Notes: a model not told the origin generated them from the letters alone. Shown: positions 21,189-31,507, counted from the first letter of the stretch. The stretch: DNA of 64,000 bases from an uncultured delta proteobacterium (GCA_963727445.1 CAVSGI010000013.1:441601-505600); one strand, 5' to 3'. A program made the numbers and translations.

Positions 21189-24100
21189 TCAGCGGGCGAT
21201 GTAGACGGCGGCGTTGCCTTGCGCCTGACCGTCCGCATCGAAGTAGCTGTCGAGGACGACGCCCACTTCGGGATCGGTCAGCTTCTGGATGAGCCGGGCA
21301 CCGAGCGGTCCGCTGGTGTACCCGTTGAGGGAACCGCCGCGGAGCTGTTGCACGCGTGTGCGGTCGATGGCGGCGTGTGACGACGAGACGTTCGAGACCC
21401 CGTTGGGCTCGACGAGACCGTCGAGGTTGTAGACGACGTTGTCGGGGTCGAAGTTGTCGGCCGGAGCGCCGCCCGGGCAGTACTGCCGGTTGGCGTTGTT
21501 GTCGAGCGGGTTCACCGGACAGCCGGTCTCGTCGAAGAGGAAGAGACCAGAGCCGAGGCCGGCGACCATGTGCACGAAGAGGGGCGAGTTGATCTGGTTG
21601 CCCGGGTTCTGCCCGATGTGCTGCGCGAGGAGAGCGAAGTCCAGCGAGCGGAAGTCGTTGGCCTCCATCGCGGTGCGGAACGCGTCGTACTCCCCGCCGA
21701 AGGCGGCGAGCGAGTCCTCGTTGAGGTGGCAGGACACGCAGTAGCGCGGGCCCTCGTTGGTGGCTTCGACCCGACCACGGATCGAGTGCGCCATCATCGT
21801 GTCGTGGCTGAGGGCGCCGAAGTCGTCGCGACCGCCGATGCCCGGGTTGTTGCCGTTGCCCTGGCGGTCGGTGAAGCCGAACACCTGGGACTCGTCGCCG
21901 TTGATGTCCTGGTAGCGGAAGAACATCTGGATCCCCGGCGAGGACTGCGTGATCTGACCCCGGGCGTTGACGCCGAGGTAGAAGGGCACGGGCGTGATGT
22001 AGGTGAAGTCCGCGTTCGGGACGAAGTTCGCGATGCGCTCGCCGGTGATGTTCGAGAACCAGTAGTTCTCCGGATTGTCGTCGTACTGCCCCTTCAGGTG
22101 ACAGCCGATGCAGTTGTTCGTCCACGAGCTGTGGCAGGTCTGACAGGCGAGGTTGTCGGTGTGGCTGAAGCCGAGGGTGACCGTGTCGGGGTCGGCCTGC
22201 AGCGGACCGATGCCGGTGGCGTTGTTGCCGTCCGCGCGCCCCATCGCGTAGGACGCGACCGGGTTGTAGACGTACTCGCCGGAGAGCGGATTGCGCCGCC
22301 CGGTGTCGACCGTGGTGTCGCGGGTCTGTGGGACGAAGTGGCGGCTGCCGTTGAGGCGGCTGATCAGCCAGTAGTTGCCGTCCGTGTCGCGGGTGACGTG
22401 ACGCACCGGGTTGCCGCGCCGGTCGATGGCGCAGTCGGCGGCGCTGCCGTCGTAGGTCTCGCAGGGGCCGGTGGCAGCGTAGGAGCCGACGCCGCCGTGG
22501 CAGGACTGACACTCGATGGCGACACCCTCGTCCATGCGCGAGATGATGTTGCCGCTCGTGGGATCGCCCCGCGTCCCGTTGTGGACGTCGCGGCTGCCGT
22601 GACAGTCGATGCAGCCGAGGCCCGCCTCGTGGTGGACGTCCGCCGGTGTGTCGTCGCGACCGTCGCCGTCGTAGTCCTCGGTCAGGATGTACTGCTCGGG
22701 CACGCGGCCGTTGAAGGTGTTGTTGGCGATCGCCGGGTCGTAGAGCCGATCGTCGGCGGCGGTGTTCTGGAACGTGACCGGGTTGGTCGGGTACTGCGTG
22801 TCGTTCTCGAGGTCCTGGTTCTGGTCGAGGCGGATGCCCCAGAACTGAAGCACCGTGCGGTTCGATCCCTGGTGACAACCCACGCAGGCGTAGTCGCTGA
22901 TGCCGCGGAGGAACGCGCCGCCGGGAAGGAACTTCGCGACGTTGCGGATCTGGTGCGCATCGATGTGCGAGCGCTCGGGCGCGGCGATCGCGTCGGGGTT
23001 GAACGGCTCGAAGTGGTTGACGTTCGGGTCGGTGGAGCGGCTGCGGCCGTCGGTGCTGTACTCCATGTGGCACGCCGTGCAGCCGGAGCTCCGGAAGTCG
23101 CCGTAGCGGTTGTTCTGGCCGGCGCTCCCGAGGTGGCAGTCGCCGCACTGGAAGCCGACCGCCTCCATGTACACGTGCTCGAGGGGCGAGCCGTCGATCA
23201 TCTGGTTCGCCTGGTCGGCGCCGTCGGCGGTCGTGAAGACCTGGTTCGACATGTTGTCGGCGTCGTAGAGCTCGTTGCGATAGATGCCGCTTCGGTCGCC
23301 CCACTGCGCCCGCTCGGGCCACTCGTAGACCTCACCGACCGTGCCGACCTCGTCTGCCGGGCCCGCCCAGTCGGGATCGGTGCGCGCGCGGAAGGCGTAG
23401 TCCGCCGCGGTGTCCTCCCACAGCCCCTCCTGGCCGGGAACGACGTTGTCGAGGCCGACCGTGTAGGTCGCGCCCGAGAAGATGCCGGTGGAGTTACCGA
23501 AGGGGTGACGCGACACCCACTGGACGTGCTCCTCGGCGTGGCACCCGGGGGTGCCGCAGCCCTCGCCGTTGGTCACGACGCGGAGGTCGCCGGGGTTGAC
23601 GAACTGCAGGTACTGAAGCGCCGTGTAGGTGACGCCGTCGACGGTGTAGTCGGGGAGCTTGTCGATGCCGGCGAGGGTGAGGCGGTTGAAATACGCCTCC
23701 TGGTCGAGGACGCGGTAGGCGTCGTCGCCGATCTCCGGAGGCGGCGGCACGTGGGAGCCGAGCTTGCCGGTGCCGTTGCCGTCGCCGCCGTGGCAGGTGG
23801 TGCACTGCACGTACTCCGCGCCGGTGAAGGGGTGCGGGTTGCTCATGCCGGGGCCCGCGTAGTCGTTGCGGTCGGAGCCGTTGTGGCAGCCCATGCAGCT
23901 CTCGGCGGGGCCAGGCTCGGCGACGGGAGGGGGCGCGTCGGGGCTGGGCTCGCAGCTGGGATTGGCGTTGCAGAACTGCGGGTCACACTCACAGCACGCG
24001 ATGCGGTACTCGAGGTCCGTCTCGGCGCACCGGTCGAGCGCGCTGCAGTCGTAGACGGTTCCGCGGAAGTCGTACGCGTCGCACATCGGGCGCTCGTACG

Positions 24101-24212
24101 GTCCGTCGGGGCGCGGCGGGCCGCCGTCACCTGCTTCGAAGTCGGTGTTCGCGCAGGCGGCGGCACCGACGATCAGCGCGAGGAGCAGATACTTTTCTTT
24201 ACTCACGTGCAT
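21189..24212 (-). CDS. Large multiheme c-type cytochrome lipoprotein (1007 aa; 10 CxxCH + 1 CX4CH)
   Basis: Lipobox AAAC; CMGCH, CTTCH, CGDCH, CTACH, CVGCH, CIDCH, CQSCH, CQTCH, CIGCH, CVSCH plus CGTPGCH. Confidence 0.9.
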   Translation of the reverse strand: MHVSKEKYLLLALIVGAAACANTDFEAGDGGPPRPDGPYERPMCDAYDFRGTVYDCSALDRCAETDLEYRIACCECDPQFCNANPSCEPSPDAPPPVAEPGPAESCMGCHNGSDRNDYAGPGMSNPHPFTGAEYVQCTTCHGGDGNGTGKLGSHVPPPPEIGDDAYRVLDQEAYFNRLTLAGIDKLPDYTVDGVTYTALQYLQFVNPGDLRVVTNGEGCGTPGCHAEEHVQWVSRHPFGNSTGIFSGATYTVGLDNVVPGQEGLWEDTAADYAFRARTDPDWAGPADEVGTVGEVYEWPERAQWGDRSGIYRNELYDADNMSNQVFTTADGADQANQMIDGSPLEHVYMEAVGFQCGDCHLGSAGQNNRYGDFRSSGCTACHMEYSTDGRSRSTDPNVNHFEPFNPDAIAAPERSHIDAHQIRNVAKFLPGGAFLRGISDYACVGCHQGSNRTVLQFWGIRLDQNQDLENDTQYPTNPVTFQNTAADDRLYDPAIANNTFNGRVPEQYILTEDYDGDGRDDTPADVHHEAGLGCIDCHGSRDVHNGTRGDPTSGNIISRMDEGVAIECQSCHGGVGSYAATGPCETYDGSAADCAIDRRGNPVRHVTRDTDGNYWLISRLNGSRHFVPQTRDTTVDTGRRNPLSGEYVYNPVASYAMGRADGNNATGIGPLQADPDTVTLGFSHTDNLACQTCHSSWTNNCIGCHLKGQYDDNPENYWFSNITGERIANFVPNADFTYITPVPFYLGVNARGQITQSSPGIQMFFRYQDINGDESQVFGFTDRQGNGNNPGIGGRDDFGALSHDTMMAHSIRGRVEATNEGPRYCVSCHLNEDSLAAFGGEYDAFRTAMEANDFRSLDFALLAQHIGQNPGNQINSPLFVHMVAGLGSGLFLFDETGCPVNPLDNNANRQYCPGGAPADNFDPDNVVYNLDGLVEPNGVSNVSSSHAAIDRTRVQQLRGGSLNGYTSGPLGARLIQKLTDPEVGVVLDSYFDADGQAQGNAAVYIAR

Positions 24213-24498
24213 TTGGTTCCCCTGGGTTCCCGAGCGAAGGGCGCAGGAACCCCAGAGCGGCGGTGGCCACTCCCTCCATGCGCTCGGTCGAGCCAAAGCG
24301 ACCGTCGCGCCGCCCCACGCGTAGCTCGATCCGTGCCCATCGACTTTCCCTTGAAAAGAGACGTCCTCGATGTGTGCAGGAGCAGGCGCCGTACCTACAC
24401 GGAACGCTCCCGGTTCCAATTCGGAGGCACTTCCGCGCCTGGCGCAGACGTGGGTCGCGCGGCGCAGGTCACGGGCCGTTCACTCGGTGATTCTCAAG

Positions 24499-24528
24499 GT
24501 AACAGCGCAGCGCTCGGGCCGCTGTTAC
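24499..24528. promoter_or_regulatory. Candidate operator in divergent promoter region
   Basis: Perfect 9-bp inverted repeat gtaacagcg-N12-cgctgttac. Confidence 0.45.
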
Positions 24529-24598
24529 GGTAGCTGCGCGGTTCGTTTCGACGCTGGCCCGCCGTTTGCTGCACGTAACGGTGGAGGTTCACTGCCGC

Positions 24599-25099
24599 AT
24601 GGAACGAGCTCGACGACTCATCACCTACGCCATCGTCCTGTCGACGGCGTTTCTGATCACACGCTACGCGTCCGCGATCGACGAAGGCTCGAGGGCCCCA
24701 CAGTTTCGCGCCGACAGCTTCGACGGCGGACGGGTGAGCCTCTCCTCTTCTCGAGGCAAGGTGGTGGTCGTCGACTTCTGGGCGTCGTGGTGTGAGCCGT
24801 GTGGCCACGCGATGCCGGCCCTCGATCGCATCTACCAGCGCTACAAGGATCACGGGCTGGTGGTGATCGGCGTCAGCGTGGACGAGCGCGCGCGCAACGC
24901 GCGCGGCTTCTTGCGTCGCACCCGGGTCTCCTTCCCGGTGGTTCACGATCAGGACCACGCGGTCGCCGAGCGCTACAGCCCGCCGACCATGCCCAGCACC
25001 TACATCATCGACAGGCGCGGCGTGATCCGGCACGTCCACGCGGGCTTCCGCAGCGGCGACGCCCGCGTCCTCGAGCGACAGATCCGAGATCTGCTTTGA
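24599..25099 (+). CDS. TlpA/ResA-like thiol-disulfide oxidoreductase
   Basis: GKVVVVDFWASWCEPC, MPSTYIIDRRG; N-terminal signal; GGAGG upstream. Confidence 0.92.
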   Translation: MERARRLITYAIVLSTAFLITRYASAIDEGSRAPQFRADSFDGGRVSLSSSRGKVVVVDFWASWCEPCGHAMPALDRIYQRYKDHGLVVIGVSVDERARNARGFLRRTRVSFPVVHDQDHAVAERYSPPTMPSTYIIDRRGVIRHVHAGFRSGDARVLERQIRDLL

Positions 25100-25320
25100 T
25101 CCGCGATCTCCGCCGCACGCTGCTGCTCCTCGCGCTGATGGTCGGCGCGACGGGATGCATCACGCTCCAGCCGTACGAGCGCGAGAACCTGGCGCGCTCC
25201 GACATGCAGTTCGGTGGCGGGGGCGGCGCCGTTCACGGCGCGGAGTCACACGCGACGGAAGTGCGCGAAGGCGCGGTCGGCGGCTTCGAAGCCGCGGGAG
25301 GTGGATGCGGGTGTAACTGA
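25096..25320 (+). CDS. DUF4266 family small lipoprotein
   Basis: TTGA overlap with tlpA-like stop; lipobox ATGC; QPYERENLA..M; REGAVGG...GGGCGCN*. Confidence 0.88.
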   Translation: MIRDLRRTLLLLALMVGATGCITLQPYERENLARSDMQFGGGGGAVHGAESHATEVREGAVGGFEAAGGGCGCN

Positions 25321-25330
25321 CGCGCGCCGC

Positions 25331-25582
25331 TCAGTGCGGGCAGGGCGCGTCGTCGTCCATCGCGCCCGAGGAGTACGGGCACCCGGAGGAGGAGGTGTAC
25401 GGGCATCCACTGGATGCGCCGCACGAGCTCCGCAGCATGCAGCGCGCCGAGGTGGCCGCGAAGAGCCCCACCGCGATCAGCGCGACGATCAATCCCACCT
25501 TCGTCGAACGATCGGCGGCGAGCCACTTGAGCTTGATGAACCGGGCGGCGAGCCCGAAGACGGAGGAGGGACGGCGATCCAT
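25331..25582 (-). CDS. Small single-TM protein with repeated Cys-Pro motifs
   Basis: 83 aa; TM VGLIVALIAVGLFAA; GCPY, GCPY, PCPH. Confidence 0.5.
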   Translation of the reverse strand: MDRRPSSVFGLAARFIKLKWLAADRSTKVGLIVALIAVGLFAATSARCMLRSSCGASSGCPYTSSSGCPYSSGAMDDDAPCPH

Positions 25583-25652
25583 GGCTGGAGTATAGGCCGA
25601 AAGTCGGAAGGTGGCAGTCCGTTTCGCGCTGCGGATTGGTAGAGTCGGGTTC

Positions 25653-26567
25653 ATGCGCAGCAATTGCTCAATCGGATGCGCCCTGACCCTGGCGCTCGCA
25701 GGGTGGATCGTCGGCTGTTCGGATGACGGGGCCGGGACTCCAGACGCGATGGGGATGGCTGACGCGGCCTCCGACGCGGACACCGGCACGACCTCGGACG
25801 CGACGCCTGACGGGTCGAGCAGCGACTCGGCCACCACGAGTGACGCCTCGGACGCCAGCGCCGACGGCGACGCAGGCGGAGGGGCCGGCTGCGAGGGGTC
25901 CTCCGCGCTCTTCTGCGAGGACTTCGAGGCGCTCGCCGCGGGGGAGGCGATGAGCGCGCGGTGGGACACGACCACCAACGGGGCGCTCACCATCGACGGG
26001 ACGCACGCGATGGGCGCGCAGGCGCTTCACGTGCACACCGACGACAACGGCTACGGCTTCTTGCGCCTCGCCTTCGCGCCGCCGGGCAACAGCTACTTCG
26101 GCCGGATGATGCTCTGGGTGGATGCGTTCCCGAGCGCGCCGGATTGGGCGCACTACACGCTGGTGGAGCAGACCGGGGACGGGAGCACCGAGCGCGTGCG
26201 ACCGGTCGGCGGCCAGTACGTGCCGGGCGAGGGCGCGGCGTTCTGGGGCATCGGCGCCGACGGCGGCCCCACCGGCGATTGGACGAACTGGCGAACCAGC
26301 GCACCGTCGGAGAGCGGGCGATGGGTATGCGTGGAGTGGGAGATGGACGCGACCGATAACCACATCCGGCTCACCCTCGACGGCGTCGCCAACGACGACC
26401 TCGTCGTGGACACGACCAACCACGGCGGCAACGACGTGGACTTCATCTTCCCGACCTGGACCACCCTGCGCATCGGCTGGCAGCTCTACCAGGGAGGCGC
26501 CACGCCCTCCGCCTTCGACGTGTGGATCGACGACATCGTCCTCGACACCACGCGGGTGGGGTGCTGA
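25653..26567 (+). CDS. Lipoprotein with Cip1/polysaccharide-lyase-like jelly-roll domain
   Basis: Lipobox IVGC; DA/DG linker; FCEDFE, YFGRMML, WVCVEW, DVWIDDIVL. Confidence 0.6.
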   Translation: MRSNCSIGCALTLALAGWIVGCSDDGAGTPDAMGMADAASDADTGTTSDATPDGSSSDSATTSDASDASADGDAGGGAGCEGSSALFCEDFEALAAGEAMSARWDTTTNGALTIDGTHAMGAQALHVHTDDNGYGFLRLAFAPPGNSYFGRMMLWVDAFPSAPDWAHYTLVEQTGDGSTERVRPVGGQYVPGEGAAFWGIGADGGPTGDWTNWRTSAPSESGRWVCVEWEMDATDNHIRLTLDGVANDDLVVDTTNHGGNDVDFIFPTWTTLRIGWQLYQGGATPSAFDVWIDDIVLDTTRVGC

Positions 26568-26627
26568 TCGTGCGCTATCGGGACCGGGAGGAGTAGCTTT
26601 CGTTTCGCCCATGCGGGATGGGGAGTG

Positions 26628-27161
26628 ATGAAAGAGCAACGAAAGCGGTCGCTCTTCCTCTTCTCTTTGGTGACGACGATCCTGGTGCTCTCGAGCTGCA
26701 CGTGCTGTGGGCTCTTCGGGTTCGCTCTCGTGCGATCCTCGGACGACCACTCGTCGGACGAGTGGTACTGGACCGCCGCGGAACGCCGCGAGCACATCGA
26801 AGGGATCCTCACGACCCGTGCGCCCGCCGCATGCACCGACGTTCACTACCAGTACCACCAGTCGAAGTCGGGCGCTGGCTTCCATTGGTACACCCACCAC
26901 ACGGGCATCTTTCGCTGCGATCTGTCGGAGGCCGACTTCCAGGAGCTCGTCACGCGCCTGCACATGACGCGTGTGAACGAAGACGACTATTCTGAAGACG
27001 TGGTCATCACCTTCGAGGTGGGCAACGCACCCTGGTGGCGTCCTCCGACGACCATCGACAGCTCGGTCTACTACGTCCGGGCAGGCGAGAGCTCGCGCTT
27101 CGCCCGGCACGACGGCCAAACGATGTGGTTCGTGAACTGGGTGCCACCGGACAATCCTTGA
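26628..27161 (+). CDS. Hypothetical membrane-anchored protein
   Basis: Clean ORF with hydrophobic, Cys-containing N-terminus. Confidence 0.5.
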   Translation: MKEQRKRSLFLFSLVTTILVLSSCTCCGLFGFALVRSSDDHSSDEWYWTAAERREHIEGILTTRAPAACTDVHYQYHQSKSGAGFHWYTHHTGIFRCDLSEADFQELVTRLHMTRVNEDDYSEDVVITFEVGNAPWWRPPTTIDSSVYYVRAGESSRFARHDGQTMWFVNWVPPDNP

Positions 27162-27180
27162 GGAGCACACCGATGCGGGC

Positions 27181-27738
27181 TCAGCGGCGTCGTCGCAGGT
27201 ACGTCACGAACGCCCCCAATATCTGACGCACGGCCTCGCGCGTCGGCTCGTCGGTGAGCTTTCCTTCTTCGAAGCGCTCCTGAGCGCGCGCCACCAGGAC
27301 TTCGGGGTAGGGGAAGACCTCGGCCACCATTCCCAGGAGCACCTGCTTGAGCTGGCCCTGGGCCCGAGCCGTGCCGACGGCGCCCCCCGATGCGCCCACG
27401 ATGGCCACGGGCTTGCCCGCGAACACCGAGCGGAAGGCGGGCCGCGAGGCCCAGTCGAGGGCGTTCTTGAGCACGCCAGGGATCCCGTAGTTGTACTCGG
27501 GGGTCGCGATCAGCACCGCGTCCGCTTGTGCGATCTGCTCCTCGAGACGCGCCACCGGGGGTGGCTTCCCGCCTTCGGCCAGGTCGGCGTCGTAGAGCGG
27601 AAGATCGCCGATCTCCGCGACCTCGAAGACGACGCCGGGCGGCATCAGCTCGCGCGCCGCTTCGAGGAGAGCGCGGTTGAACGAAGCGCGCCGAAGGCTT
27701 CCGGCGATACCGAGAATGGTCAGTGGCGTGTCGGACAT
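27181..27738 (-). CDS. NADPH-dependent FMN reductase (ChrR/SsuE-like)
   Basis: GIAGSLRRASFN, ATPEYNYGIPGVLKNALDWASRP, GAVGTARAQ. Confidence 0.92.
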   Translation of the reverse strand: MSDTPLTILGIAGSLRRASFNRALLEAARELMPPGVVFEVAEIGDLPLYDADLAEGGKPPPVARLEEQIAQADAVLIATPEYNYGIPGVLKNALDWASRPAFRSVFAGKPVAIVGASGGAVGTARAQGQLKQVLLGMVAEVFPYPEVLVARAQERFEEGKLTDEPTREAVRQILGAFVTYLRRRR

Positions 27739-27899
27739 CGACTCGTTTCCTTTCATGGCAGGTCGAAGAAGAGGAGTCGGATCATCAATCACCTCGTAGG
27801 AACAACATCGGACCGGTCGAATCACCGCACAACTGGGCCTTCTTTGCGTCGGCGCCGTGATTCCCATCTCATCGAGACGGGAGTAGATTCGAGGTACCG

Positions 27900-28562
27900 A
27901 TGCCGCCCTCTCACACCCGACTCAGTCCTGGCGCCATCGCCTCGCTGATCTACGAGAGTCTTTCGTCCGTGGTCACCGAGGAGCACGGAATCGCCGTCTT
28001 GAAGGCCGCGATGGGGGACGCGCACCTGAGGAGCGTGCCGCGGGGAGGGGAGGCGCTGCGCGAGCTCGTCGAGGTGCACCTCCTTCGGCGCCTGTCCGAG
28101 GTCGTCGGCGCGGGCGCGGCCCGTTCGGTCGTGGAGCACATCGTCTCCATCCTGCCCACGCAGATCTTCGTGGGCGATGAGGAGCGCATCACCGGTCGGA
28201 GCCGGGACGACCTCGAGGTGGTCATCGTCACGCCGAGCGAGACTGCTTTCTCGCGGATCGCGCGGCGCTTTCCGCCGATGGCGATGCTCGCGCGACAACG
28301 TGGGCGCGGGCCCCTCTCCCCGAACCTCGTCGATCCCATCGTTCTCCTCGATGCCCGAACCATGCGACCGGTGCGCGAGGCGATGGAAGAGCTTCGGGGA
28401 CGTGACGTGATCGTCTGGGGCGCGGAACGCTGGACCGACATCGACGTAGCCCGTGCCCTCGCGCCCGCGCGTTCCATCACGCGCTGCCCGAGCGAGGTCG
28501 AAGCCGAAGAGCTGCCGGTGATCTGTCGCGCCCTCCGCATGCACGTCGCCTCGAACGGCTGA
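27900..28562 (+). CDS. Hypothetical protein
   Basis: 220-aa ORF with plausible codon usage; no motif recognised. Confidence 0.45.
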   Translation: MPPSHTRLSPGAIASLIYESLSSVVTEEHGIAVLKAAMGDAHLRSVPRGGEALRELVEVHLLRRLSEVVGAGAARSVVEHIVSILPTQIFVGDEERITGRSRDDLEVVIVTPSETAFSRIARRFPPMAMLARQRGRGPLSPNLVDPIVLLDARTMRPVREAMEELRGRDVIVWGAERWTDIDVARALAPARSITRCPSEVEAEELPVICRALRMHVASNG

Positions 28563-28641
28563 GGCCACGGATGTCACGGCCGCCGGACGGCGGCATGGCC
28601 GTCCCGCAGCCGGCGCCAACAACGGCGCCCGCTCCGGCAGC

Positions 28642-29616
28642 TCAATCCGCCTCCGGAAACGTCTCCTCGACGAGCGGCCCCAGCTTCGCCTCTTCGTTCT
28701 TTGCGGCGGCTTCGCGAACCGCCGCGGCGAGACGCGGGTCGTAGGCGTGGACGCCGAGAGCGCGGACGGAGGCCTGGGCGTCGTGGGGGCGGCCTTCGGC
28801 GATGGTCGTGAGGAGGAGCGTGCGCGCGAGGTCGCGACGACTCACGCCGAGGGCCGTGTAGAGGACGGCGCGGACGTCGGCGCGAACGGTGTCTGGCAGG
28901 GCGTCGATGAGGATGGCGAGAGCTGCGTCGCGCTCGGACGCGACGACCGCGTGGGCGGCGAGCTCGCGCAGGCTCTCGCTTCGCAGCATGTCCAGGGCGA
29001 CGGGGCGCGCGAGGTCGGGGGCGAGCGTGCAGAGGGCGCGGAGGCACTCCGACACGACCTCGGGATCGTCTTCGCCGGCGGCGAGACGCAACAGGAGGAG
29101 CGAGGCGCCGTCGCGCCGGCCGAGAAACGCGACGGACTGGGCAGCGACGGAGCGCACCTGGGCTTCGGGGTCGGCGAGGAGGCGACCGAGGACTGGCAGG
29201 GCGTCGCTGTACTGAATGCGCGTCAGAGCGAGCGCGGCGCGCCCACGCACGCCGACGGCCGTGTCATCCGGCGGCCCCCACGCCCCTTCGAGCTGCACGT
29301 ACGACGTCGCGGCGACGAAAGGCTCGGGGTCGATGCGTTCGAGATGATCGAGCGCGCTCAGGATCGCGACCTTCGCGTGGCAACCCGGGTCGGTCTTCGT
29401 CGGGTTGTCGAGGAAGCGGGCCCACGCGCCGATGAGCACGCCCTCGAGCTCCGCGATTCGCTCCTCGCGCACCACGTCGGCCGCCCGCGTCGCGACGAGG
29501 GCATGCCCCTCGGCGATGGCTTCGCGCAGCGCCTCGAGCCGCGCGGGCGACGGCTCTTCACCGATGACGGCGTCGAGCGCGTCGAGCTTGCGTTCGAGTC
29601 GACCCTTGCGCGCCAT
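28642..29616 (-). CDS. HEAT-repeat protein
   Basis: VRGRAALAL, LLADPEAQVRSVAAQSV, DDPEVVSECLRAL helical repeats. Confidence 0.75.
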   Translation of the reverse strand: MARKGRLERKLDALDAVIGEEPSPARLEALREAIAEGHALVATRAADVVREERIAELEGVLIGAWARFLDNPTKTDPGCHAKVAILSALDHLERIDPEPFVAATSYVQLEGAWGPPDDTAVGVRGRAALALTRIQYSDALPVLGRLLADPEAQVRSVAAQSVAFLGRRDGASLLLLRLAAGEDDPEVVSECLRALCTLAPDLARPVALDMLRSESLRELAAHAVVASERDAALAILIDALPDTVRADVRAVLYTALGVSRRDLARTLLLTTIAEGRPHDAQASVRALGVHAYDPRLAAAVREAAAKNEEAKLGPLVEETFPEAD

Positions 29617-29674
29617 GGGGCGTGAGGGTAGCTCACCGGGCACTAGCGTCGGCGCGTTCTGCCGACAAGAAAGG

Positions 29675-29713
29675 GGTTCACTCGTTCGGACGCCCGAGTT
29701 TCCTCGGCCCAAA
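29675..29713 (+). repeat. Island motif copy 1 (subtype B)
   Basis: ggttcactcgttcggacgcccgagtttcctcggcccaaa. Confidence 0.7.
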
Positions 29714-29852
29714 TGCCGATTCGCTATCCCCGCCGCAACTGCTTGACCCGCACGCCATTCGCCGAGTCCTCGATCAGCGTCGCCAACCTCCGCCGCCGCG
29801 TCTCCGGGCGGTGAGCGCTTCGCTGCCATGGCCTCAGGCTAGATCAGACCCC

Positions 29853-30393
29853 TCAGATGTACGACGAGCACGCCCCGTAGTTGGTGTCATTCACGCAGAG
29901 GCACAACGCCAGGCCGGTGAGCCCATCGCAGCTGCTCGAGGACGAGGACGAAGAGGACGAAGAGGACGACGAGGACGAGGACGAGCCTCCCCTCGGCGCC
30001 GCCGGAATCCGACCACGCTTCGCAGTCGTCCGTGTACGTACACGCCGCTGGCAGCCAGGAACAGCCCGTGGTGCTCTCGCAGGCCGACTCCCCGCGCTGG
30101 TCTTCGCATGGGACGGCGCCGCTCTCGTCCGCCTCGCACACACCCTCCTCGAAGGTCGACTCGCCGGCGTCGCATTCGATGTCGACGGGCCACGCCTCCT
30201 CCGCGTCCATGCAGACGACGCCCACGCCGTCCAGACACGCCTGCACCCCGCACGGAAGGTCGTAGAGCATGGCGCCCGACTCGACGACGCAGCGACACTC
30301 GGGCTCGAAGCCCCGCGTGTCGGCCACGCAGCCGAAGAGGCTCAGGGCGAGGAAGAAGAGGACGAACGAACGCGTGACAGTGCTCTGGCTCAT
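29853..30393 (-). CDS. Cys-rich lipoprotein with poly-Ser tract, frameshift near 29990
   Basis: Lipobox LFGC; many Cys; continues in another frame as GSSSSSSSS...CDGLTGLALCLC. Confidence 0.55.
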
Positions 30394-30571
30394 GGGGCTC
30401 CTCCGAACGAGATGCGCCCTTATCGGGGCGGGGCGCAGCGAGTTGCGTCCCTTCGGAAGAAAAAGTGGGGCCTGCAATCCTCGACAAGGGCGCAATGATT
30501 GGCGCCGATCGGCCGCTTTACCCGTCGCGCTCTTCATGTTCAGATCCCGCCACGCTGAACGGAGACCCTGG

Positions 30572-31507
30572 ATGCTTCGCCTCTTTCTTCTCGCCACGAT
30601 CGCCCTGTGCCTACTACCCGCCTGTCCGGACACCGAGCCCGTCTGTGACCCCGGCTACATGCTCGTCGATGATGGGACGCGTTGTGTCGCCATCGACTCA
30701 GGTGCCGGCGACGCCGGCGACGCCGGCGATGCGAGCGATGGGGATGTGGACGCCGCCGACACGGCTGTCGACGCCGGACCGTGCGGGATGCCCTGCGAGG
30801 GAACCACGCCGTTCTGCAACGAGACGCTCATGACATGCGTCCAGTGCTTGATGGACTCGGACTGCACGGATCCCGGCGCCGCCAAGTGCGGCAGCGATGG
30901 AATGTGCACGAGCTGCGATGACAGCGCGCAGTGTGGAGGCATCGGCGGCACCGACATCTGCGAGACATCTGGCCCGTTGACGGGAATGTGCGTGGAGTGC
31001 AGCGAAGCGACTGAAGCCGCCGACTGCGCTGGCTTCGCCTGCGACTGGCGCGATGGGACCTGCAGCACGGTCATGCGAATGGCGGACGCGTGCGACGACT
31101 GCACGACGGACCTGGATTGCCTGAACGGTCGACGATGCGTAGACCACATCTTCATGGGAAGCAGCGTCGGTACGTTCTGCTTCTTTGACAGCGCAGACGG
31201 TGGATGCGGCGACACAGACATGGCGCGGCGGCCCTACTCGCACTTCGTCAGTGCTGACCAGCATTGACGGGTGGATGACGGACTACTGCATGCCGCCGAG
31301 TCGACGACGTGCGCCGGTATCGCCGATACCGCATCGTGGCCTGCACCCCGTGCACGGTGGCCACAGACTGTGGCGTCAGCGGGCGTCGACGACGGCTACT
31401 GCCCTACCGCTGGAGCGGGCGCCAATCAGTGTTCATACGCATGCGTAACAGCGCGTGATTGTCGCAGCGGCGACTGCGGAGGCGCTCCCGCATACTGCCG
31501 TCCGTGA
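30572..31507 (+). CDS. Cys-rich repeat lipoprotein, paralogue A (frameshifts in the 3' part)
   Basis: Lipobox LPAC; CVQCLMDSDC, CTSCDDSAQC; central part nearly identical to 42499-43500. Confidence 0.7.

Noticed and set aside
21570..24533. 987-aa plus-strand ORF and other long antisense ORFs (e.g. 8301-9911, 18533-20194, 53968-55551)
   Set aside because: Shadow frames of real genes in high-GC DNA; no recognisable motifs.
29937..29985. Acidic EDEDEE protein on the + strand or contingency repeat
   Set aside because: It is the antisense of a poly-Ser linker in the minus-strand lipoprotein.
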